Source: Planctomycetota bacterium
Lineage (GTDB): Bacteria; Planctomycetota; UBA1135
Direction: 5' to 3'
NCBI GenBank assembly: GCA_029941685.1
Contig: JAPYTC010000001.1
Span: 2,381-66,380 of the forward strand
Length of the DNA: 64,000 nucleotides
The position numbers were made by a program, and so were the translations under genes. The notes beneath the pieces were generated by a model. It was not told where the DNA came from and did not search any database. It worked only from the letters and a program-made list of their open reading frames with translations. Positions 26,464-35,833 of the stretch are shown here, in pieces. Each line of letters begins with the position of its first letter. Positions within the stretch are counted from its first letter, which is position 1.

Positions 26464-27942
26464 CTATCCGTTCGTTGCTCGCAAGAACAAACAACGATTC
26501 GTTATGTCTGCTATAACCTCAGAGTTGACCGGCAAGACACTACCAAGGTCGTGCATTTGTTGCTCGGTGCGGTAAATTAAGTGCCAGGCCGATGCGTATT
26601 CAATTAGCCACGAACTATCCGTGGTACGCACTAGATTGCCTATCAGTAATTCGCCGCCTTCCCTTAGCATGCCAAACAATTCATTGACCGTGCGTTGGGC
26701 AAGAAATTGGGGCAAGTAGTCAAATAACCCCATTGAGTAGACGAGGTCTACATCTTTCAGCACCTGGCTTACCAGTTCGCGTTCGGCGCCTCTTTTGGGT
26801 GCCATAATTTGTCGCAACGAAAAATGTAAACAATGAAATTCAATGGGGGGGTTATCGCCACGTTCAGCACAAATTTTAGTCAATGCGTTCAGGCAATTAC
26901 GCAAGGCGTCTTCGTCTTGATCAATAAGAAAAATATCGATTTTATAATCGATATTTTTCGTTTCGCGGACAAACGTGCGTAGCTCCATGGCTGGGCCCGA
27001 TGCAAGTGAAACTATTTTCGTCGGACGGTTTAACGCCGCTACCTTACTAATTGCGTCAAGCGCAACCTTGCCGCGTGCACAAACTGTTTTACCTAAGGGC
27101 ATTTCTTGCGAGAAGTATTGCAAAAATCGTTGATACAAAGTGTCGCCCTCAAGATCCTCGGCTTGGGTCAACTCCATCATGCGAAAATCACCCGCATAGC
27201 CTTGTGGTTTTTCGTATGCCCTGCGCTGAATTTCTCCATGCGTTAATTCGCGCATTAACAATGTTTGTGAAAAGTTAAGAGCTAGGTCTTTAGTATCAGC
27301 GTCAAACTTGGACGAGGTTTGGTCGAGGCGCGATGCAATCTCCAAAAATTGTGGTGCCCATTTTTGGAATGTTGCCGCACACAATCGTCTCGACATATCT
27401 ACTTCACGCCATCGATTCTCGGTGTCGCTTTTTTGATAGGCATCAAGAGTGGTGTGTACCTCGCACAACATCGAATGTAATTGCGCAACGTCGGCCTGCC
27501 AATCTTGTGGTAAACCAGAGGCCTGCTCATCGCGGCGCAACAAGTACCTTTCGAGACGATATTCGAGGAATTCGTCTCTGAACTGAAGTTCTGCCAAACT
27601 AATGTGCCCGGTGATAACCCTAAACCCAGCTGATTTACTTTCGTCGCCGAGGCTGCTCACTTCAATTGAGCCAGACCAAAACAATTGCTTGTGATGGTAT
27701 ATTTCGACACCATCGATTAATTGCCCGACGCGTATCTCAAGTGGTTGCTCAGACTCAATCGCCATCCCTGTGGACGACACATTGGTAACTAGATATTCGC
27801 GGCCGCCAAATTGGCAGCGAGGAACATGATTTAATTCGTTTGAATTAAGCCTATCACTACGAAAACGGAATTTACTCGTTGCGCCCTGAAGGGCAGCGTG
27901 AACAGCGCCGTTTACGATTGATTGAGGTTCTGATTGGGTCAT
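26464..27942 (-). CDS. class I SAM-dependent methyltransferase with N-terminal PilZ-like domain
   Basis: 492 aa. The N-terminus has FRFRSDR...YLVTNVSSTGMAIES, a PilZ-like (D/N)xSxxG. The C-terminus has IVSLASGPAMEL (motif I-like), IFLIDQDEDAL and DLVYSMGLFDYL. Confidence 0.7.
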   Translation of the reverse strand: MTQSEPQSIVNGAVHAALQGATSKFRFRSDRLNSNELNHVPRCQFGGREYLVTNVSSTGMAIESEQPLEIRVGQLIDGVEIYHHKQLFWSGSIEVSSLGDESKSAGFRVITGHISLAELQFRDEFLEYRLERYLLRRDEQASGLPQDWQADVAQLHSMLCEVHTTLDAYQKSDTENRWREVDMSRRLCAATFQKWAPQFLEIASRLDQTSSKFDADTKDLALNFSQTLLMRELTHGEIQRRAYEKPQGYAGDFRMMELTQAEDLEGDTLYQRFLQYFSQEMPLGKTVCARGKVALDAISKVAALNRPTKIVSLASGPAMELRTFVRETKNIDYKIDIFLIDQDEDALRNCLNALTKICAERGDNPPIEFHCLHFSLRQIMAPKRGAERELVSQVLKDVDLVYSMGLFDYLPQFLAQRTVNELFGMLREGGELLIGNLVRTTDSSWLIEYASAWHLIYRTEQQMHDLGSVLPVNSEVIADITNRCLFLRATNG

Positions 27943-27999
27943 GGGGCAACAAATGACGTGAGCATTCGTAGCAATCGACCATTAATGGGCTGATTATCC

Positions 28000-28668
28000 C
28001 TATCTTTCCCTAGAAGATTTTAGGGGGGCCTGATTGCGCCGCGTATCGTGTTGACCACCCCACATCTTGTGTCTGCCGCTAACAATCCTTTGAATTTCTC
28101 GGAAAAAGTGTTCGGCTGGCATAGCGACTAACCTCTGTTTTTCCTTTAGATCGATGTTCTGCGCGAGCCAAAACCCTTCTCGGTTGGCTTTTTCAAGGAA
28201 CTGCCATTTACGAATCGACAACAGCACCTGCAGGGCCTCTTCCACCGAAGCTTGTTCAAGCCACGTTGCGGTTTTGTCGCCCAACCACCCATCGACATGG
28301 GCTTGGCGCAGGGCCTCTCGTATACGAGATTCGCGCTGGCGCAGATCATGGTGTGGAGGGCGTTGTGGCCGTGGTGGCCGCGTAACACTCTTGTCCATGC
28401 GAGAGCGAACTGCCGTTCGCATGTATCGTCGTTGCTCACGTTTGCCCATTACGCCGAACTTTTCGAGTTCTTCGGCGCTCATTTCGGCCAGTAATTGTTC
28501 GCGTTCGGCATCGAAAATCGCTTGGCGTTTTGAATACTCTTGCTGTTGCTCATCACTTAATTGGCTCCACCACTGTTTAGCACTAACTTGTGGTTGATGT
28601 GGTGGTGATGATTGGGGCGCAAGCTCTTGTTGAGCCAAGGCCACCAATGCGAAAGTTGCCAAAATCAT
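28000..28668 (-). CDS. hypothetical exported Arg/Gln-rich helical protein (third gene of ECF module 3)
   Basis: 222 aa with the signal-like N-terminus MILATFALVALAQQ and the segments WWSQLSDEQQQEY and RPPRPQRPP. Its start overlaps the upstream stop (TAATG at 28666-28670). Confidence 0.55.
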   Translation of the reverse strand: MILATFALVALAQQELAPQSSPPHQPQVSAKQWWSQLSDEQQQEYSKRQAIFDAEREQLLAEMSAEELEKFGVMGKREQRRYMRTAVRSRMDKSVTRPPRPQRPPHHDLRQRESRIREALRQAHVDGWLGDKTATWLEQASVEEALQVLLSIRKWQFLEKANREGFWLAQNIDLKEKQRLVAMPAEHFFREIQRIVSGRHKMWGGQHDTRRNQAPLKSSRER

Positions 28669-29051
28669 TACTTGGCCTCGCTATTAAGGATGTCGAGCGC
28701 AAAATCGACCACTTCAATGGCCACCCGTGAGTCTTGGGTAGCGTCTGTTTCTGACAGTTGGAGCCAATCAAGGATCTCGAGGTTGGCATAGATGGAATCA
28801 ATATCAACCGCCGCCATATCTGCATCGTGCTCGACGTCGACCGGAATGCTCATGGAGCGACTTCCTTGCCCTATCCAAATACCCAATGCCAACATAACAG
28901 ATGCTGCTACCGCAAAACCGCTTGCTCTCATGAATGATGTGCGCCTCTGGTGAGCATTAGGCTCAACCTCACGCATCACAGACTCGACAAAACCTGCCGG
29001 CACAGCTGCCGGGGTGTCGGAATCTAGCATATCGTTAAGCCAATCAGTCAT
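28668..29051 (-). CDS. putative single-pass membrane anti-sigma factor
   Basis: The start is set at ATG 29051 (MTDWLNDMLD), overlapping the sigma stop by 8 nt. It has one TM helix (GFAVAASVMLALGIWIG) and lies immediately downstream of the ECF sigma gene. Confidence 0.6.
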   Translation of the reverse strand: MTDWLNDMLDSDTPAAVPAGFVESVMREVEPNAHQRRTSFMRASGFAVAASVMLALGIWIGQGSRSMSIPVDVEHDADMAAVDIDSIYANLEILDWLQLSETDATQDSRVAIEVVDFALDILNSEAK

Positions 29052-29673
29052 TTTCGGAATCCTTATAGGGTTGTAGAACCTCGCGCAAATTGGTTCGCGC
29101 ACGATGTAACATTGATTTGACGGCCGAGCCGCTAAGACCTGTTACTAATGCAATTTCATCTAGATCTAGACCGTCGTAATGTTGAAACACTAAAACCGCG
29201 CGTTGGTTGTGCGGAAGTTGCTCTAATCCCCAAGAAACTAGGCCCGCCCAATCATCTGAACTAACTGCGGCTTCTGGGGGGGCAGACTTCGGGTCTTGTT
29301 GCGTAATTTCGGCGCCATCATCGCCCTTCGGCATCATATGCAAGGGTTTGCGCTTTTCGTCACGAATGCGGTTAAGCGCTAAATTGTAAGTAACCCGGTA
29401 TAAAAAAGTCGAGAATTTGCCTTGAGCGCGATAGTTTTCGCGGCTTCTCCATATTCGCACAAAGACCTCTTGTGACACATCTTCGATGGCGCCTCGTGGC
29501 CCAAGTATGCGCCGTAACAAGGCAAAAACCATGGATTGATAACTTTCGACCAACAACGCGAATGCTTGATGGTCGCCCTTGGCTACACCAACCATGAGTT
29601 CGACGCCAACATCTGGTGCGAAATCATTAGGGCTTGGGTTATTACTCAAAAGGCCATCCGTTATTATCTGCAT
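29044..29673 (-). CDS. ECF-type RNA polymerase sigma factor (sigma-24/RpoE-like)
   Basis: Region 2 is GDHQAFALLVESYQSMVFALL..AIEDVSQEVFVRIWRS...FSTFLYRVTYNLALNRIRD. Region 4 is LPHNQRAVLVFQHYDGLDLDEIALVTGLSGSAVKSMLHRARTNL. The start is uncertain; an alternative ATG lies at 29595. Confidence 0.85.
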   Translation of the reverse strand: MQIITDGLLSNNPSPNDFAPDVGVELMVGVAKGDHQAFALLVESYQSMVFALLRRILGPRGAIEDVSQEVFVRIWRSRENYRAQGKFSTFLYRVTYNLALNRIRDEKRKPLHMMPKGDDGAEITQQDPKSAPPEAAVSSDDWAGLVSWGLEQLPHNQRAVLVFQHYDGLDLDEIALVTGLSGSAVKSMLHRARTNLREVLQPYKDSEND

Positions 29674-30667
29674 TGCGTGGCCACAACTTTGTTGCTACGC
29701 CTATTACTTGAGCTGCCGAAACCGGACCGTAGTGGCGCGAGTCGCGGCTGTATTTAGAATTGTCTCCGAGAAAGAAAAACTCGTCGCCCGATATTTTTAA
29801 CACCTGGGCTACACCGAAGTTTCCTGAAATATCATAGTTTATTTCACACCCTATCTTTACATTTTTGAAAGAGCATTGCCCGTGCATCTCAAAAAATAAT
29901 TGTTCGTGCGGCGAATCGCCTCCCGCCGTCCAATCTTTTGTCGCTTCAACCGTAACACTTTCTCCAACATGAACGCCGTCGACAAATGCTGATAGCTGGT
30001 TGTGTGCAACCGAAATTAGTAAGTCGTGCTCTTGCCCGGGTTCACCAACAAGCATGCCGTGAGCCAATTTCGTATTCACCTGCTTCTCATCATCAAAGCT
30101 ATATATTGACCACTCACTAGTCATCGAGTTTATTGAAAGTCGATATTGGTTACTGCCACGAGCAATGACGAGCGTAAAAGATGTTGACGGTTGTAACTTA
30201 CATGTAACCTCGAAGGCATGCCCGAAGTGGTCATTTGGTTTTTGTAATCCAACTTGTGTGGCCTTGGCCGATGATGTCCACCACCCGTTTTGGTAGGCCA
30301 AGTTCTTGTTCTTCAACATAAACTTATTCTCAAGTTCTGAATCGATGCCGGGCCATTCGGCCAACAAGTCTTTAATGCCACTTATCGGCGCAGTGTTTGT
30401 TTCGCCATTAATGTAAAGTTTGCCCCCAACAATCTGCACGGTATCTCCCTGAATTGCCACACATCGCTTAACAACTTTTTCGCCACTATCCGGCTCGATT
30501 ATTACCGCGAGTTCGCCGCGTGTTGGGGCACGGCTTTCTTGCCATAGCCATTGCCCCGATTCTAGGCCTGGTGTCATCGAGGCACCAACAACGTGGGCGG
30601 TTTTCTGCAAGACAATAGCCATTAATATTATTGCAACGGCAATGATATAAATGTGGGGTTTTCGCAA
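29642..30667 (-). CDS. lepB: signal peptidase I with a long insertion between boxes D and E
   Basis: 341 aa with a TM anchor. The S26 boxes are GASMTPGL (Ser), VKRCVAIQGDTV (Lys) and GDNSKYSRDSRHYGPV. Confidence 0.8.
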   Translation of the reverse strand: MRKPHIYIIAVAIILMAIVLQKTAHVVGASMTPGLESGQWLWQESRAPTRGELAVIIEPDSGEKVVKRCVAIQGDTVQIVGGKLYINGETNTAPISGIKDLLAEWPGIDSELENKFMLKNKNLAYQNGWWTSSAKATQVGLQKPNDHFGHAFEVTCKLQPSTSFTLVIARGSNQYRLSINSMTSEWSIYSFDDEKQVNTKLAHGMLVGEPGQEHDLLISVAHNQLSAFVDGVHVGESVTVEATKDWTAGGDSPHEQLFFEMHGQCSFKNVKIGCEINYDISGNFGVAQVLKISGDEFFFLGDNSKYSRDSRHYGPVSAAQVIGVATKLWPRNADNNGWPFE

Positions 30668-30668
30668 A

Positions 30669-31973
30669 CTAGATTAAGACGGAAGCCACGCCTAAGAATA
30701 ATGCTACTGCCGACAAGTCAGAAACAGCGATCATTACGGGGCCGGCAACTAGGGCCGGGTCTAGTCCAGCAGCCTCACTTCCGACTACAATAGACGCCGC
30801 GGCGGTGTTCGTCCAAATGACAGACAACCATAATGCTAAGCCAAGCATTAATCCAGTTTGATAGTCGTTTAGAAGTAGTCCCATCGCTGGCCCCGCCACT
30901 AAAGCTGATAAAAACCCCAGCACTACTCCGAGGCGCATTTCGCTCAAAAACACCGAAAGTCGGCGCCCTGAGACGATTTGGCCAACTGCGAAACCTCGCA
31001 CTAATACCGCGGATGTTTGCATGCCGACCGTGCCTGACAATGCCAAGACCATTGGCACAAAAGCAACCACCATGCTGTATTTATCGGGCAAACTAGTAAC
31101 GTCTCGAGAAAAGTGTTCCATTACTTTTGACATTATCAAACCAGCAACTACCGGGATTGCCAAGTATGGCGCACGGTGGCTGACCATCTCAAGCAACGGT
31201 TCGCCCGCATCCGAGTCGCCACTTGCACCAGCAAGAAGCAGTGCATCTTCTGAGCCCTCTTCTTCAACCACCTCAAGAGCATCGTCTGCCGAAACAACAC
31301 CGATAATACTATTGCGTGCATCAACAATCGGCAACAACGATAAGTTGTAACGCAAAATTCGGCGCGCTACTTCTTCACGGTCTTCGTCAACTCGCGCTGA
31401 AATAACGTCTGGATTCATGAATTCTGAAACACATTCACTGCCCTCCAGTTCAAGTAGCTCGCGAGTTGTGATTACGCCTTGTAATATGTTGTTACTATCG
31501 GCGACAAAAAGAACATATACTGATTCTGCTTCGCCCTCGTCGCCTTTAATTAACTTAATGGCATCAACAACTTTTTCGTTTTCGGAAATCGAAAGGAACT
31601 CTGTGGTCATCATTCCGCCCGCACTCTCTTCTGGATATGAGGTGAGATGGCGTAGTTCGGTCGCAGTTTCTGAATCAACAAAGCACAGCACCTCGAGACG
31701 CAACATGTCGGGCAACCCGTTCAAAACATCTACGCCGTCGTCAACCGAAAGCAAGCTAAGGTAGCCGCCGATCGATTGAGGGTCTCGCTCTTCGAGCAGC
31801 GTGCTTTGCAGTTTTTCATCGGCCTCGGCGAGAACCAGCGCGCCTCGCTCGATATCCATACTTTCGAATATCTCTCGCGCTCGTTCGATGTCGACATCTT
31901 GCCATAAAGCATCTGCAATGTCTGCAGGATGCATGCCGTCGTTGAGGACGAAGTCGCTGTGGTCGGAGGCCAT
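30669..31973 (-). CDS. mgtE: magnesium transporter MgtE
   Basis: 434 aa with an acidic N-domain, a CBS pair (LLPIVDARNSIIGVVSADD) and a C-terminal 5-TM domain ending in AGPVMIAVSDLSAVALF. Confidence 0.9.
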   Translation of the reverse strand: MASDHSDFVLNDGMHPADIADALWQDVDIERAREIFESMDIERGALVLAEADEKLQSTLLEERDPQSIGGYLSLLSVDDGVDVLNGLPDMLRLEVLCFVDSETATELRHLTSYPEESAGGMMTTEFLSISENEKVVDAIKLIKGDEGEAESVYVLFVADSNNILQGVITTRELLELEGSECVSEFMNPDVISARVDEDREEVARRILRYNLSLLPIVDARNSIIGVVSADDALEVVEEEGSEDALLLAGASGDSDAGEPLLEMVSHRAPYLAIPVVAGLIMSKVMEHFSRDVTSLPDKYSMVVAFVPMVLALSGTVGMQTSAVLVRGFAVGQIVSGRRLSVFLSEMRLGVVLGFLSALVAGPAMGLLLNDYQTGLMLGLALWLSVIWTNTAAASIVVGSEAAGLDPALVAGPVMIAVSDLSAVALFLGVASVLI

Positions 31974-32066
31974 GACAATATCCTACAGCCGCGACCCTTA
32001 ATTTCGAAGCATTCTGTGTCCAACGAAAAGCTAAACATGCGATAATCTAGGCGAACAATTACTGCC

Positions 32067-33290
32067 GTGGACAAAAACAAACTAATCTTCGATTGGGCTA
32101 ATAATGGCCCTCATCCCGCCGACGCCAAACCATCTTCCATTCAACTGGTTGATGAAACTTTGCGTGACGGCTTGCAGTGTCCTAGTGTTAGCGAGCCATC
32201 ACTCGACGAAAAAATTAAACTCGTGCATTTAATGAATGATTTGGGCATTGATTGCGCCGACATTGGCTTACCGGGGGCTGGAGATGTTGCACGAGAGCAC
32301 ATCATGGCTCTAGCACAAGAAATGACCTCACTAAATATCACGCCAAACGTCGCATGCCGCACCATGATTAGCGACATCGAGCCTGTTGTTGAAATGTCTC
32401 AAAAGCTTGGTCAGCCCATTGAGGTTTGTGCTTTTATTGGTTCGTCGCCTATTCGTGCTTACGCCGAAAATTGGGACCTCGAACGCATGGAAAAAATGGT
32501 GCGTGATGCGGTGCGCTTTGCCAATAGCCACGACTTGCCGGTGATGTTTGTAACCGAAGACACGGTGCGCTCAACTCCAGAAATACTTCGACGCTTAAAT
32601 GGGGCGGCCATCGAAGAAGGCGCAAACCGTTTATGCATCTGTGACACCGTCGGCGGCGTCGACCCTACAGCGGTGCGTAATATTTTCTCTTGGCTAAATG
32701 ATTTTTTGGCCGAAAAGGGCGCTTCTCATATTGGACTAGATTGGCACGGTCACCGCGACCGTGGCCTTGGTTTAATTAACACCCTTACCGCTATTGCTTC
32801 TGGCGCAGACCGCGCACATGCCTGTGCTCAGGGGATTGGCGAGCGTGCTGGGAACACCGAAATGGATTTGCTACTAGTTAACCTTAAGTTGCTTGGATGG
32901 ATTGATCGAGATTTACGCAAACTTGGCGACTACGTAAACTTTGCCGCCCAAGCAACCGGACGCCCTGTTCGTGGCGAATACCCTGTATTCGGTAAAGACG
33001 CTTTCGAAACTGCAACAGGAGTACACGCCGCTGCGGTTATTAAAGCTTTAAAAACTGGCGACAAATGGTTGTCCGATTTGGTCTACTCGGGTGTACCTGC
33101 TAGCGATTTCGGATTAGAGCAGATTATTTCTGTTGGCCCAATGAGCGGCAAGTCGAATGTAATTTGGTTCTTAGAACAACGTGGGCACGAAGCTACCGAT
33201 CAGCGCGTAGCTGATGTCCTGGAATGTGCTAAAAAATCGAAGTCGATTTTGAGCGAAAAGCAGGTCTTCACTGCTGCAAAAATAAATTAA
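32067..33290 (+). CDS. 2-isopropylmalate/homocitrate/citramalate synthase-family (HMGL-like) protein
   Basis: 407 aa (GTG start) with LVDETLRDGLQ, a DRE-TIM barrel pattern and CDTVGG. The substrate cannot be assigned from the sequence alone. Confidence 0.75.
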   Translation: MDKNKLIFDWANNGPHPADAKPSSIQLVDETLRDGLQCPSVSEPSLDEKIKLVHLMNDLGIDCADIGLPGAGDVAREHIMALAQEMTSLNITPNVACRTMISDIEPVVEMSQKLGQPIEVCAFIGSSPIRAYAENWDLERMEKMVRDAVRFANSHDLPVMFVTEDTVRSTPEILRRLNGAAIEEGANRLCICDTVGGVDPTAVRNIFSWLNDFLAEKGASHIGLDWHGHRDRGLGLINTLTAIASGADRAHACAQGIGERAGNTEMDLLLVNLKLLGWIDRDLRKLGDYVNFAAQATGRPVRGEYPVFGKDAFETATGVHAAAVIKALKTGDKWLSDLVYSGVPASDFGLEQIISVGPMSGKSNVIWFLEQRGHEATDQRVADVLECAKKSKSILSEKQVFTAAKIN

Positions 33291-34108
33291 CGCAAGCCGT
33301 TATAGAGTTCACTGCAGCTTTTAACTAATTGGTGAAATCGGTGGCTGTCGCGCGATAGCTCGAAGCAAGCTGTGATATTCGGGCTTAGGTGCTGCTCACA
33401 TGCTGTGACCAATGATGGCCAATCAACATCCCCTTCGCCGGGGGCACAATGGGTATGTTCGCCGCGTCGCATGTCATCTAACTGAATAGCTACTATTTCG
33501 TTTTTATACAACTCAATTGCCTCGGCGGGAGAATACTTGTCATTGACCAATAGGTGCCCAACGTCTAAACATAGGCCGGTATTGCTTGGCAGTTCCTCTC
33601 GGATGTTTAACCAGTCGCTGATGTTCGCAATCCAATGCCCCGGCTCTGGCTCAATGGCAATTTTTATTTTGTCGCCTGCGCTGTTGCTTAGACTGTGCAT
33701 CGCCTCAAGAAAATTATGTTGGGCTTGTGATGGCGCTTGTGCTGCCGGCAATACGCCCGACCACAAAGATATGGTTTTCGCCTCGAAAATCTCACACCAC
33801 TCGAGCATCTGTTGTAAAAATCTAAGACGACTCATTCTGCTTTCGTCGGGCTCTAGTAAGTTTGGGCGATGCTTACGTTGAGCATCAAGAATATACCGCG
33901 CACCCGTTTCGAGTACTACTTCGAGGCCCAATTTTTGGCACAATCTAGCCGTTGCCGCCACGTCTTCTAGAGAAGAATTGCGCGGATCTAAGTGGCAAAC
34001 ATCAGGAGTTATGGCGACTGCTTGATAGCCGCAGTCGGCAAGCATTCGCAACCCTTCATCTAATCGATGCGAGCAAAATCCGTTTGAGTTGTAACCTAAC
34101 TTTACCAT
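33287..34108 (-). CDS. sugar phosphate isomerase/epimerase (xylose isomerase-like TIM barrel)
   Basis: 273 aa with KLGYNSNGF, IAIEPEPGHW and LCLDVGHL. Its stop overlaps the convergent upstream gene's stop (TTAA). Confidence 0.8.
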   Translation of the reverse strand: MVKLGYNSNGFCSHRLDEGLRMLADCGYQAVAITPDVCHLDPRNSSLEDVAATARLCQKLGLEVVLETGARYILDAQRKHRPNLLEPDESRMSRLRFLQQMLEWCEIFEAKTISLWSGVLPAAQAPSQAQHNFLEAMHSLSNSAGDKIKIAIEPEPGHWIANISDWLNIREELPSNTGLCLDVGHLLVNDKYSPAEAIELYKNEIVAIQLDDMRRGEHTHCAPGEGDVDWPSLVTACEQHLSPNITACFELSRDSHRFHQLVKSCSELYNGLR

Positions 34109-34111
34109 TTG

Positions 34112-34552
34112 TTAGTGCCGTAAATCTAATTTTATTTCTGTAGCGAGTCTGTCGGCACGCATTAATTGTTGACGTATTGCCAGCGACGACGATTTAGAAT
34201 TGCCACAAGTGACGAGCATTTCGTTTAATATCACTAGCGAAGATTCTAAGTCTTTTAATATATCTTCGCGCGCACGACGGAATTGTAAAAAGTCACCCTC
34301 TTCTCTACCGTAGTGTTGACGAAGGGCCTCGGCAAATTTTTGTTCGACACTTTCTACAAGATCAATAACCTCATACCAACGATTGTCTTGTAAATGAAGG
34401 GGGCGTAAATCCATCTCTAAGGGCTCGGTTATCTCGCCGTCATATTGACGTGGCTGGGTATATTCCAGCATCTGGTTTTCTGTACGGAATAACCTCCAGC
34501 TTGCGGCTCCGGCCACTGCCAATAACATCACGAGAAACAAAAACGCTTTCAT
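34112..34552 (-). CDS. hypothetical membrane-anchored/exported protein
   Basis: 146 aa with the N-terminal hydrophobic segment FLFLVMLLAVAGAASW. It is packed between rsmB and the isomerase gene, with 3-nt gaps on each side. Confidence 0.5.
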   Translation of the reverse strand: MKAFLFLVMLLAVAGAASWRLFRTENQMLEYTQPRQYDGEITEPLEMDLRPLHLQDNRWYEVIDLVESVEQKFAEALRQHYGREEGDFLQFRRAREDILKDLESSLVILNEMLVTCGNSKSSSLAIRQQLMRADRLATEIKLDLRH

Positions 34553-34555
34553 GAA

Positions 34556-35833
34556 TTAGCCAATAAGCGCCGCATAACCACCGGCATTCTCTGCAGTAGG
34601 CTCAAAAGTCTTTTCTTCAAGTACAGTTTTAGAAAAGTCTTTTGCAATTCTAGCTGCCATCATCTCATTTTCTTCTGGCTCTAATGAGCAGGTGCTGTAA
34701 AGAACCCGCGTATTTTCACCGACAACTTTACTTAATATTTTTTTACGAAATACATTTTGTAGTGTTTCTAATTCGTGCAGATACTTCTTGGAAAAGCGGT
34801 GGCGGGCTTCAGCGCGCTTATTGAACACACCGCTGTTTGAGCACGGCACATCGCATAAGACCAAATCAAAATCTCCGGGGGGCAAACCTTCGCCATCCTT
34901 ACTTATATGGTGGTAGGTCAGCTGGTGCTGCAAGCGCGCGCCCTCTAATTTCATGGTGTCCAACCGTGAAGAGCTTACATCACACGCATGCAAATCTATT
35001 TTGCCTAGCGTTGACTCGTACACCGCGAAAGACTTCCCGCCTGGTGCCGCACATAAATCTAACACTTTTTCGTCTGGCCTAGCTTTCCCTGCCATCGCTG
35101 TTTGCCACGATGTGATGTCTTGAATAGACCATTCTCCGTCCGCGAATCCCTCGGCGCTAGCAACTGACTCACCCGCTTTTAGTTTTAGTTTTTCACAGAC
35201 TTCCTCTGCATTTGACTTGAGCGCATTCATGCGTCGCCACAATTGCGCCGGCTGATTCAAAGCGTGCATCCGCATTGCGCATTGCTCTGCACCAACTTGC
35301 TCCGTCCAACGTTTAACTAAAAACACCGGAAATGAATGTTGTTGCGCAGCGGCCAAAACCGGATCTTTTTTAGGATCGGCGAAAACTGACTTTGTGAAGC
35401 CTACATCAAATGCCTGAAACACGTTGGTTGGTGGCATTTTCGCAATAGACTTTGTCATGCCTCGCGATACTGCGCGCAACACCGCATTAACAAATTTTAT
35501 TTCATTGCCGAGTTCGGGCTTAGCGGCGTCAATGGTTTCATTGATAGCCGCATAGTCGGCGACAGAGTTCATGCATAACAACTGGTAAAGCCCGAGGCGG
35601 ATAGCGTGTTGCGCCACCTCATTGCGGATGCGTCCCTTGGTGTGCCCGTTCGCAATACAGTCTAGGGTCAGCTGCCAGCGTAGGCTACCGCTTACTAATT
35701 CTCTGGCAAAGGCTTGGTCTTGCGCTGAAAAGTTTTGTTGTGCTAGCTCACTGCCAAGCACGCGGGTTGGCATTTGCTTGTGCAACATTATTTTCCATAA
35801 CGCGCGCCTTAAACTAGTTTGATGTTCTTCCAT
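34556..35833 (-). CDS. rsmB: 16S rRNA (cytosine-C5)-methyltransferase RsmB/Sun
   Basis: 425 aa with a NusB-like N-terminus. Motifs are LDLCAAPGGKS, DVPCSNSGVFNKR and YSTCSLEPEENE. Confidence 0.85.
   Translation of the reverse strand: MEEHQTSLRRALWKIMLHKQMPTRVLGSELAQQNFSAQDQAFARELVSGSLRWQLTLDCIANGHTKGRIRNEVAQHAIRLGLYQLLCMNSVADYAAINETIDAAKPELGNEIKFVNAVLRAVSRGMTKSIAKMPPTNVFQAFDVGFTKSVFADPKKDPVLAAAQQHSFPVFLVKRWTEQVGAEQCAMRMHALNQPAQLWRRMNALKSNAEEVCEKLKLKAGESVASAEGFADGEWSIQDITSWQTAMAGKARPDEKVLDLCAAPGGKSFAVYESTLGKIDLHACDVSSSRLDTMKLEGARLQHQLTYHHISKDGEGLPPGDFDLVLCDVPCSNSGVFNKRAEARHRFSKKYLHELETLQNVFRKKILSKVVGENTRVLYSTCSLEPEENEMMAARIAKDFSKTVLEEKTFEPTAENAGGYAALIG

Noticed and set aside
10456-28668. Both ECF modules (10456-11124 and 28000-28668) end with an exported protein of exactly 222 aa.
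   Set aside because: The two sequences show no similarity by eye (one is beta-rich and neutral, the other Arg/Gln-rich and helical). The equal length is most likely coincidence.
31974-32066. A possible Mg2+ (M-box) riboswitch upstream of mgtE.
   Set aside because: The divergent spacer is only 93 bp, too short for an M-box aptamer plus expression platform, and no conserved M-box stretches were seen.
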